Positions 42,505 to 54,400 of a DNA stretch of 64,000 nt are shown here, piece after piece; position 1 is the first letter of the stretch, and the number at the start of each line of letters is the position of its first letter. The notes below the pieces were generated by a model, which was given only the letters and a program-made list of their open reading frames with translations, was not told the origin of the DNA and did not search any database. Location of the stretch: the NCBI GenBank assembly GCA_040954595.2, contig CM082591.2, positions 6,739,082 through 6,803,081 on the forward strand. The letters run 5' to 3'. The position numbers and the translations under genes are program-made. This DNA comes from Balanoglossus misakiensis. Taxonomy: Eukaryota > Animalia > Hemichordata.

Positions 42505-44511
42505 ATATTAATATAATATTGCATTTCCATTTCCCAAAAATACTCTCAATTAAAAATACTATGAATGTTAAATATTTCAATTACACATGCCATAAATATT
42601 AAAACCAGAGACACAACTCCATAAACACAACCCACAAATGCTCCCCAGTTTGAGGCCAGTTAACGTTTTCGTCAAACTAATGACACAAATACATTTAACA
42701 GCAACCGGTGGGTGCTGTCCTTAAGGAAAGGTGTTTGACCAAATGAGGCAAGAAATGGCTCCAATGTACAAAAGTCCAAAGTTTACAATCCCAACTATAT
42801 CATCCACAGGACTTGCAAATGAATTTCATAAGAGGTAGAAGCTAAGGCTGCATTCGATTTCTGACTTTCGCGGAAAACTTTGGTCACATTATTTCAAGGT
42901 ATAAGCTTTACGTTGGTTAAAATCATTCTCATTATTGAGACCATCAGGTCATGAAGGTTCAGACATGAGCGTGCCCCCTATCGACGCCGCTATTAATCAG
43001 AGTCGACTTATACATGGATAGCATAGAGAGTACTAGTATTCACCTCAAGGCAAATTGTACACTTGGCCGTTTAATGGCGTCATGAATTTTGCACACCTAA
43101 AAGTTGACCTAACTTCAAACTATTTCATGACAAAATGTGAGCATATGAATAAGTTAACCCCTAATCTTGCAGTCGCAGAGACAAACCTGCTAGACAGACT
43201 GACGTGTAGATGCGATATCGTTATTAAAAAGAGTATTTTTAAATTCAATTTTGAATCCAATTAAGTCACTTAAAATGTTCTTCATATGCCCCGCGCCTAC
43301 CAGCATATATGTATCTATCAACATTTGTAAAACCATTTACTGAGCAATATCTGCAATGGTGTCACCCAATCTACCAGAGACATATTTGTGATATGAATAG
43401 CTTGTTATTATCTATCAGCAAAGAAAAACAAAACAATTTTAGAAATGTTGAGTTTTATTTCTGATAATTTATTGACAATGTTGCTTTACCAATGACTGTA
43501 CATGTACTAATATTTGCATAATGTTAATCATGATCTCACAGTACGGCGCCCTCATGAAGCAAACATGTGCTACTGTTCTCTTTGCTAACCGGCTGCTATG
43601 AGTAGGTTGGTAACTTTTTGTCGCTCTTTGAAATCGCTCATGAAAGTGTTTAATCGTAGACATCCACTTATATTATTGAGATGTAAATACGTTTTAGTGT
43701 CTCAAGAACAGTCGACTATAATATTTTAGAAGAATGTTCATGGTTTTGTGAGTTTTTGAACATTTATTCATGAAAAGTATCATGAACAGTTACATGCGTT
43801 ATGGTGTACTGCCATGATGGTCAAACAATACTTGGACATTATTGTTATCGCGAGCCTGTTTGAAATTTGTGAATATTGGATTAAAACAGTATTTCATGCG
43901 TCACAGCATTTTCTGTCATAAAACTACATGCATGCTTTGTATTTTTTCTTTCGGTTTTGTGAATAAGTATTGTAAAACTTGGTTGCCATGAGTAGCCAGG
44001 TACGAATGATGGAGCCGCTGACCAAATAAATGAAGATACATAATGTGTGTCGGTTCAGTGTATAGGTCGATGTATAGCTGTTTCCCCTGAGTGACTAGGT
44101 GTGAAGCCAAAGTACACAATACAATTCCCAACAACAACAACAACAACGACTATAACATGGGGGTGCCCTCAGCTTGATTTCCGCCATCAAAAAACTGATA
44201 CGTGTATAAAAGTAGGAACAGCAATATTTTTCATCGCACAATTCTCTTTAGTTCTTGTGAAATTGTGTTCCAAAATATTTTAAAGCGGGTAGATCGTCAA
44301 GTTTTTATCCTTTTGTAGCGGTTGAATTATCATTCTTCGCTAGATTTCTTGAAACGTACGTAGATTGCATTGGTACAGACGCGATTGGATAGAAGTTTGG
44401 GCATAGTAGAAACTGTTCACGTGACATTTTCCCGCGCTATCCATATTTGGTACTTAGTTTGATACATTTGTGAGTTTCTATTGGCTGACATGCCTTGTTT
44501 TCGCGGTAAGT

Positions 44512-44548
<37 letters not shown>

Positions 44549-45461
44549 GTGGAGGCCGTAATGGCGAAGTAGTTGTCGCGTTGAGGCTTTGTGGCTTAGT
44601 GATATGTCCGGGGCCGTGGATCGAAAAAATCCCAACACTAACCCTCACCTGTCGAATGTACCCTAACCCTTACATGTCAACAAACCATATTTATTAATAA
44701 CGAAATGTGTATTTGTTTATTATGCCAAAAATCATCATCATCATCAACAACAACAACAACAAACAAACAAACAAAGAAAATCGCGGAGGGAGAGGCCCCT
44801 GTGTCGAAAAGCTGCAACGGTATATTTGCCTACGGTAAAGCTTTTCACGCTCGGCGGCCATCATGCAGCTACGCCCCGTCGGCGTATGCGCATAGCCCCG
44901 CGGCCAGTACATCGATCATTACGAAATTTACGATTGCTTCCGAATAGACGGTCAGCATCCAGTAAAAGTTTTTCCGAGTAAGTTTTTACTTTAGAACCGC
45001 CAAACATGTATCGGGTATGAGGCCTCATCAGCCTCATGGAGTTTCGTCTGCACAGTTTTTGTCTGCACCACGCTGCCCCTCATCTGAACATTTGCATGCT
45101 AACGCAACTGTGACCAAGAGCGACTGACGTCATTTGATATCGAAGAATATTATAAAGCTAATTTGGAAGCATATTGTATTCGGGTACATGATGGAATCAC
45201 TAAATGTGATCATAATGGTGGCAACTTTTTGCGTATAATACAAAGCAAGAATTATTAACGAAAATAACATATGGCGATTATTAATAGATGAGTTAACGTA
45301 CATTCAACAGATCAAAAATGATGGAAAAATTCAAGAGTGGCTAAAGTCTTCTTTGAGATGTAAAATTACTATGGAGTTCACCATAACTATAATTATGTAT
45401 TAGAATTATTGATAATGAACAGAAACATTTTAAAATTGGATCTTGCCTTTATCAGATGAAT

Positions 45462-45575
45462 GTGTAAAAATGTATGTTAATTGAGTTGAATGTAAAAATG
45501 TAAGTTAATTGAGTTGGATGTAAAAGTGTATGTCAAATGAGTTGAATGTAAAAAAGTATGTTTATTGAGTTGAAT
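45462..45575. repeat. ~28-bp minisatellite, about 4 copies
   Basis: Unit approximately AAAAATGTATGTTAATTGAGTTGAATGT. Confidence 0.75.
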
Positions 45576-45600
45576 AAACATTACTTTAAAGAAAAAAAAA

Positions 45601-46318
45601 ACCTGATGGCAAGGAAAGGCAGACAGATAGGCAGAGAGTATGACAGACACATTTAGACCCCGAGAGCAAACATAGTGACAAATCAATTTTGTTGGTCATC
45701 TATTCAATTTTCTGTCAACACAGTTACAAGCCAAAAATACCTTAATAATTTTAAAAATGTTAATTTGAAATAAGACAATTTACGATGCTGAAAGTTTTGT
45801 TTGCCCTTATATTTAATTGATTGTCAAAAATAGGATGCCAATTTATTGAATGCGACTAACATATGCGTTGTAAACGGGTGGATGAACGATAATGCGCAGC
45901 CGTTGCAATGAAAAATAGTGAATTCTTGAATTTAGTTTTACGATTTTTGTCATTATTACTATCGTTTGTAGTCATGGAGGAAATATTTTGCCAATCCGTC
46001 TACTCAAGCAGGTTGTTGTGTGAATTAAATTAATATTGTCTACATCTTCTAAATATTCCTAATACTAGTTCATTTGTTTCGTGTTATATCCAGGAAAACT
46101 GAAAGAAGAACCCAAACAACCCAAAAAACCGTGAGAAGATTATAACACTGTTCGGAACATTTTATTGGTTGCAGTTTTCTTCGATAATGGTAGATTAGGC
46201 CTACATGTAATCTTGAACTGTTAACCGAATAAAATATCTATGTAAGCATATCATTGGTCTAAAGTTTTATTCATTAAAGTTAGCGTGTTTGCCACTGACA
46301 AATATGGAGAGAGACAGA
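45601..46318 (+). pseudogene. 3' remnant of a fifth subtilase paralog (E): intron 8 sequence joined to the terminal exon and 3' UTR, with no PAN exons
   Basis: 45601-45655 matches B intron 8 (16119-16170) and 45755-46045 matches D intron 8 in reverse. These are followed by AAATATTCCTAATA...TTATATCCAG, an exon from 46094 (GKLKEEPKQPKKP, TGA 46132-46134), a homologous 3' UTR and AATAAA at 46228. No upstream exons were found. Confidence 0.75.
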
Positions 46319-46352
46319 TTGGCATGATGGGTGGATGGCGGGTACATGGTTA

Positions 46353-46622
46353 GGCCAGATAGGAAAATATATGTGGTGTTCCGATTACCCGACCAACCCT
46401 AATTTAAACCGGCCGACCCGAAACTTTTTAGAGCTTCATAAACCGGAAGTAAAAATAACGATGTCAAATAAACAAAATTTATAAAAATTGCAAGAATCAC
46501 GCAAGAACTATGACGTCATTCTTCTACATTACGGCGGCCAAATATATACAAAATTGCAAAAAAAAATCCCTAACTACTTATAGTGTTTTTGTAATCGGAA
46601 CAGCACATACTATTTTTTGGCC
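46353..46622. mobile_element. MITE, Harbinger-like
   Basis: Imperfect TIRs GGCCA...TATGTGGTGTTCCGATTAC and GTAATCGGAACAGCACATA...TGGCC, flanked by TTA and TTC. Confidence 0.7.
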
Positions 46623-48456
46623 TTCGGCGGGTGTATAAGTGGATGGAGGGTTCGAGAAGGTCAGGAAGACGGGTTAATACCGTGACCATTATCATGGCCA
46701 ACCACAGACAACTGATTTTTGTTCATGGAAACCACTGGTATTTTGTAGTTCGGTTAATTAAAAAAAATATGGAAGGGACGTATGTGGTGCAGTCAGTTAG
46801 ACAAATTCGTGTGGGGCGTTTTAATAGCCAAACCACATGCAGTCTTTCAATATTACTATTTATAATTCGTTCTAATCTAACACGGTGTGTTTGTAAATTA
46901 CAATATTAGTCGTTGGAAGTCTAAGTCAGGCATTTTTATTCGCCGGACATTGTATCTGAAGGATAGTTTATACTCCAATAGTGCGTCAATGTGGGTAAGG
47001 AATTTGTAATTCATGTAGAGGGCGCAACTACGCCTATAATCGATGGATCTTTACGCAAAACTAGTCATGAGTCATTTTGGAATGTATATGTTGACTGTAG
47101 GGGCGCAACAAAAGCACAGAGATCATACATTTTTAAGTCTTGGTTTATTCAACATATATATTTATCACGATTACAATACAACATTTATAATTTAATTCGG
47201 CAACCTCTGCTTTTAAATTCTCTAGAGGGCGCTGATTATATCAAGTCAGCTGTTAGGCTGTGAGAATTTAATCGCTCAAATGGTCTCTGTTGTCAAAACT
47301 TGTGGCGCACATCAGGTGGACACTACAACATGAATTGTAAATAATGAAAGTGTTATAAATCTTTTGAAATGACAACAGACATTTAGTGATCTGTCCGTTG
47401 TCACCGGCAACTGATGATGAGAGAACAGATGATGAGAGAACAATATAATATTATGTAAGTGCCTTAATTATGCAAATTCTTGTTTGATGTAGCTGTAGAA
47501 GTGAGTCGTAACGTCTCAGTTTGGAAATGATTCCGTATTATACTAATATTCGGTTAGAGGTGAGAGCTGAACAAACACCGGAAGTGTTTATGTTGCCATG
47601 ATAACGCACAATCAGTATTTTCATGTCATTTGTAGATTTGACTTAATCTACATAATTTATATAATTGTTTTCTAATCATAAATTTGTATTGTGGTTACTG
47701 GTCGCTCAAACTTAATAAACACCTAGACATACAAGAAATAGCATGTGACTGGTGCATCGAACAACAAAGTTGTTCTCAGATATGTAATGTGATTTTGGTC
47801 AATGTTTAGAGTGATAGAATTACAATTTAATACATTTGGAAACCCTCCTACTTCTTTCAACAAATCTCCTGTTTTAATATTCGGACATCCTTGGGTGATC
47901 TTTTACATTAGCTGTAACTTTTATTTTCAACAATTTTGTTCTGTGTACCATATGTGATTTCTTGTTTTACTCAAACCACCATGCTATCATACCCAGTAGT
48001 CCACTTGTCAACATAGCCCGTATACAAAATCATAACACATGAATAAGAAACATAACATACAATATGTTCACACATACAGGGCGCGATTGGACCATGGGTT
48101 GTAACCATCGATATGTTTGAGCATATCGAACAATGCAAAAAGTTCAACAAAAGAACATAAATTAACCGAAATAATTTCAAAGGGGGCGACTCTGTTTATC
48201 CGATGAACATCTCAAATAAACTCCAAATAAGCAAAAGTACGTATACACTTGTCGTTTTTGAGGTTTTAAATACGCCATTTGACGTGAACATTGGTAGTTG
48301 ACTGCGCATGCTCCAAATCTTACACACAACTATACAAAAATATTGAACAATATCGAACACTGCAATATTGTCCCTTTTTACAAGAGTCAGTTTTGATAAC
48401 GAATGTTTTTTTTCTCAACATGATATCACAAACATCCATAAGTTGCGAGACGCCCT

Positions 48457-51400
48457 CTATCGCTCTTTTGAAGAAGATTCCTTGTCTGACGTCAAGGTAA
48501 TTTCATGATCTCCAATCAGTAGCAAGCTCCGATCCAGATCAATGACTGCCTGCACAGAAAAGAAGAAAAGAACAAGCGTGGATTAAACAGAAAGAAATCC
48601 CGCCACCTGTTGGCCAAACTTTAATTGTATACGCACAAGTGTGGCCCATTCAATGTACTGGTCTGCCGCCCTCTGGTTGTCATTTCAGTCAAAATTTCAT
48701 GATGCACGATGTGTTGGCAACAGCGTTGATACGCGAACAAATAAAGTATATATTTAGAGTCCCAAGAGCTGCCTCTTCATGATTTAACTATTCAGATAGA
48801 TTGGTCCATCTAAATATTAGCTTACATATATATTTACGTGAACATTTATCTATGCCCGATTGTGGCTGTATGTTGCAATTATAACGAGTGATATAATAAA
48901 CCGGTGCACATGCCGCACCGATTTAATCAGCCTCCATACAAACATATGACAAACTGATGTAAATACAAGTAATACGGCTTAATGGTGAGTATTTTAAGGG
49001 ATATGGATAAGATTTGAAGTATTTTATTGTGAAAAAAACGTGAACTTTGGCATCTCATGGAAATACCAAGTGCTGAAGAATTTCAAAAGTAGTTATTATG
49101 TTATAAGATTACCTTGCTTGTGCGCAATGTATCCAACCCAATCACCAAGTCAAATTTGTCTTCATCTACAAATAATGTAAAGTAATAAATGTAAGAAATA
49201 TCGCCATTCTCAAGCATCAATGTTAGTTCAGCACCGAAAACCACGCAGTGTGCAGACTTCGACATAACGATTGGATCATCTTCCGAAGCGCCCTCAGCGG
49301 TAATATGTTGTATTGACGTGGTTGCATCGTGCTGTGCAAATCCACAAGATTACGATTTGCTAGAAGGACAGAGGTGTGGAAACTAGTCTCCTATCATTTA
49401 CATTTAAATATCGACGTGCTTTGCGTCTGATTAACTATTTCTTAGGTATCCCTCTCAATTCTCAAATTGTGCCAGGATTGACCGGAATACGTCATGTGAC
49501 TAGAACATGATTTGTTTTATTCGTATCAACGTTTCACACGGTCAGTGACCTGTGTGCGTTCTTGCTAGGGTGTGACAATGAGCGGAGTATGTATGCGCAC
49601 GAATATTAAGCGACTGTTCGTTGTCTGTCAAGGGTAAAGAACAAAAAGCGTGACTTTCCTTTGTATCAGTGAACTATACCTTCGGTAGCCTCAAAGCTAG
49701 ACACCGAGTTTATCATTCATTATGCAAACCTGTTTTATTATAAAGGTAGTATGCTCATCGGAGATAGATTTTCAGAGAAATGATATTCCTCAAGTTGTTT
49801 TCATGAAAACTCATTAGTTTTTCTCTGTGGAGTTAATACAGAGATTGGCGGCCATTTTGAAAATAAAATTCGAGAAAGTTTTGCTCTCTCTTGCAGAATT
49901 CTGTACGATGACCTCTAATTTGTATTATTGTTTTTTAGGAGAGAACAAATTTAAAGCTGTTTTGAGCAAAATTTGAGATAATTAGTGTTGAAAATTTTGT
50001 ATCCGGCCTATAATCTAGTCTCAGACAACGAGATCTCTAATCTAGCGGGGATGAGTATGAACCACGTCATCAATTTGAACACTTTCGCCTCAGGGACTTT
50101 GTTCCATCTATGAGTACCCGGTAATACCCCTAGTAACTGCTTACACTGCATCGGGAAATAGAGAGCATATCTCGCAACTTGCCAATAAGAAGGCGCCATA
50201 TAGAGTACGATAGGTATCCTTCAATGCAAATTGACGTAACGTGCAATCTGATTGCATGGTTGGACGGGAACTCAGTAGTTGGTCAGATGCCCGGGGTCAG
50301 ATTTAGTGTGAGGCGACGGCATAAGAATACAGTCCCGCTAAGTAAAAAACGTCGCCACGCCCTACATCTGATTTTAATCAGATTGGCAACTTGCACTCTC
50401 TCTCTCTCGAGCCTGATGTAATAAACGGGTGTTATAGCTCACGTGACCAATCAGTATGTGCTGAACATCACAGTCGCACCGTAACAACTCATTTTCATAG
50501 AGGTATGCCCAAGGGATTAAACTCCTTTCTCAGCCATTATCCAAATTCGGTCAGAATAGTATTCCCCGGAGCAGGTTACCGCTAATCACCATCTTCATCC
50601 AGCTTCATTAACTTTATTACATCGAAATCACAAACATGCGTACGTGTATTTTGCAAGATGCCGGAGATTCTAATCAGTAAACGAATTTTAGTTGTCGAAC
50701 ATGCGCAGTAGTACCTAAATGCATACACATAAATATCACCAATGTCACCGTCTCTAGATGAACATTTTTTTCAACAAGGAACGAGTATCACATTATGACT
50801 CGACAAAAATCATAAAAATGTAATTGTTTGTTTGTTTGTTTGTTTGTTTGTTTGTTTATGTTAAATATATTTCAGTTTCGAATAATGAGATTTAAAAGCT
50901 GGACGGAAGGGATCATTTCACTGTTATTACGGCATCCTGCCTAACAAGTATGACTATGAACCTGGTACATGCCGACGCTCGTCTTATGCGCATGTGCGTA
51001 ATTTCGTGTGTACAAACATTACGTCCAATCCAAATGTTCTGCAAATTTTGCTTTCGACGCATTCAAATAGTGGACTGCCTTCGCTTCCTTCCATATATTA
51101 AGTGCATCGTATAATTAGACTTAAGTTTTGTCCCTTCTTTTCACCCAATTTGATGTCTTTTCCCGATCTCCAACACAGACTATGGTCACCGCCATCTTGT
51201 CTGTTGTCAGGACAGCACACTGCCTTATGGCATTGACTGTATACATTTTTGTAACCAGAGTCTCTGGTTTGGCGCATGTGCATAAGACGATCGTCGCCCT
51301 TTAAACATGAACCGTGGACCACCAATGCAGATCTAGTATCGATTTTTGAGTTTTCAAAAAAATAACAGTCTGGTTGAAACTTAACTTACCAGTCACAAGC

Positions 51401-54400
51401 AAATCGCAATGGACGGAGCATCCCCCAAGCGTGATCTGAGCACCTTCGATTTGAGCTTTGACCGCGACCCGGATGTCAGGAAATGACGACTTCAAATTAC
51501 TGTCACCACGGTTACCTGCCTTTAACAACCTAAGGGAGTATAAAAGACATGGTTATTAAAACTGCTCAGTGTGTCTCCTGTCCCAAATCTCTATTCCCGC
51601 TTGCAACAGAATTAATACATTATCTTGTATCATTAAACTAATATAGACATGTTTTTCCTGACCACCAATGTTCACAATTTTTTCTCCGCAGAAATAGTTG
51701 ATTTAAAGCACTCAATACGTTTTTATTAAAAGGGACATTAGTTGTATCTTTATTTTCAGTATTTTTGTTTTGTGTCCCAAATGTAACTTCTCTTGTTCTA
51801 CTCCAAACAACAAGTGCTCTGTTTGTCAACATAGCATGTATGTAAGTAACGGCCCTTCTTATTGTTGACAGATGAATTCTAGTCTGGACTAGAATACAAA
51901 TTTGTCGATACCAAATAAGCAGCAACAGCCCAGAAATACGTATTGTTTGCCGAAAAGAAATGCCCGCGGGGCGCTTATAGACCAATGTGCTTGGTCGGTT
52001 CTGGACGTGTGCCGACAGCTTCCGGTGTTCTGCGACCTTCGACCTTACTGCAACTACTTAGGATTGAATGTCGCGGAGCTCCGGAGCGCCCACGCACGAC
52101 TGAATCTTCAAATTTGGGAGAGCGGACACTGCACTTGCTTCTTTGATCGAGTTCCACTTTATGACGGATGTAAATAAAATGGCCTTTCCCTTTGAATTGA
52201 AAGGCTATACTTACCCACACTTCTCGGCTCGTTTGGACGATATTATTGTATATCGACTTCCGGTGTCTATTAAGGCTTCAAATGTATCTGTTCTACTCTG
52301 AAATGTATAGAAATATAATATGTTTAAAAACAAAATATGTAGCTGTACTATGCGTAATTTGGTATGCGTCTTTTACCATACCATATATAGGTGTGTTGAT
52401 ATGCATCAATTGATCACGAATTCGCGCACCCCAAGAAATGAAATGGTTCTCCCCTTACTGCTGTGGACTTGTATATCTGATTGATCAGTTTCTAAACAGT
52501 CAGGAGGCCAGGTACATGTATGAGGTACGGGTACCAATCGATCGATTGGTTTCGGTCACAGACGTTTATAACAATGCTTTGTCAGTCTTTTATTAATGTA
52601 AAGTGGCTAAAAATCGTTAATCAGTAGCTTGGAGGATCTCCAGGTTCAGCGTCATAGGTTCGGGTAGAAAGGCATACACTACTGACAGACAGACAGAATG
52701 ACAGCAAGGCAGAGAGACAGACAGCCAGATTGTATGAGCCACTTACATGTGAATGGCAAAGCATGTTAAAAGTAATTCATTTTAAATGATCACCTGGCAT
52801 TTCACAATCAATGGCTGGTGTTTCGTTTTGGCGATGTTTTCGTCGCTAGTTTCTTTGATGGCGCTAAAACGATCAGATGTGACGTCCAGTCGCTGAAGAC
52901 CATCCTCCACTTGCTTTTTCTTGACCAATGCGTGAGGTTGCTGAAAATTAACATGAAAACATTAAGCATATTTTTTTAAAAATGTATACATTTAATGTCA
53001 TAAGGCAGTGTGCTGTCCTAACAACACACAAGATGGCGGCGACCGTAGTCTGTGTCGGAGATCGGGGAAAGATAGCAAATTGGGTGAAAAGAAGGGACAA
53101 AACTTAAGTCTACTTATACACTGCGCATGAAATATGGAAGGAAGTATAGGCAGTCCACTGTTTGAATATTTCGAACGCAAAATTTGCAGAAAATTTGGAT
53201 TGGACGTAATGTTTCAATTGTACACACGAAATTACGCACATGCGCATAACACGATCGCGGGCCTTTAAGTCTCCACCACTACACGCAGAGATCACAGAGA
53301 TCACCCATTGCTACTATCGTTTCATTGTGAAAAGCGACGTAGTTATAACCAGAAATGGTAAAGTATATAATATTCAACATTATGTAACAATCATGGAGGA
53401 AGACTTTTGCGGGATTCTTTACAAGATTCTGAAAATAACAGCAAGATTCTCCTTGAAGATGTATACTGAGAATCTCCCGTTATGCTCCAGTGTCAAGAAG
53501 CCATGAAATCACATTGTTCAGTTGCAAGGTTTCATCAACCGTCTCCTTGAAAACGTAATTCTATATAGCGCAGTGTTCACGGCAGAATTTCAGCGCCTCC
53601 TTGAGCCATGCATCGTCAAATGTAGGTTGGTCAGAGCATCAGAACGCCCCTGGAAATGTTGCGAGGTCAGTTTGTAACAGTAAGCTTAACGACAGTGGTT
53701 TACATCCAGAGAGTGTTAAGCCTTGTCATTGCAATAAAAAATGAAGTCGATAAGGTAGTTGGCGACCAATATTAATGTGAGCTCAATGCCTTGCGTTAGC
53801 AAGTCTTTCAAAATCGAATGATGAAAATAACTGAACCCGCAGAGGGCAACAGGCATTTCGGCTGGACACATATTTAGAACATGCCTTGGGTATACAATGA
53901 CCCTGAAGGTGGCCATATTGTTTTTGGTAAGGGTAGAGTAATAAAATATATAGCATTGAGACTAACGTGCGCATGCTCAGTGTGTCCATTACATCAATTC
54001 CAATAACACAAGTTCTACAATCTTGCTAAAGTTCAATTGACCTTAACCTACAAGGTTTTAATGCATAATTTGCACGTGTGTTCATCTCGTAAACTATCAT
54101 ATGAAACACCAAGAATGTCGTTTATAACGAGTTCTACGTTATCACGCGAAATAATTTACCGTTAACCTTTTCAACCATGTTTTTCCATTGAGAAACGCAA
54201 ATTGCAAAACTATGTCAAACCCGGATTTTAGTAAAGAAATCCAGCGGTCCATCTTAAATTCTACAAGTTTTAGTTAACATTATATGGGATTTGTAACCGT
54301 AGCCGTGAATTAAGATGGTTTGTAAGACAATACCTGATCTACATAAATTCTGTTTTCACTCAAGTTTCGACCGTGCAGGTTTTGCAATATTTGCAGGAAT

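Noticed and set aside
44628-44672. CTAACCCT motifs suggesting telomeric repeat
   Set aside because: Only two dispersed units; not an array.
53470-53510. Minus-strand WLLDTGA as a candidate aspartyl-protease motif
   Set aside because: Followed immediately by a stop; the true DTG exon is 52297-52215.
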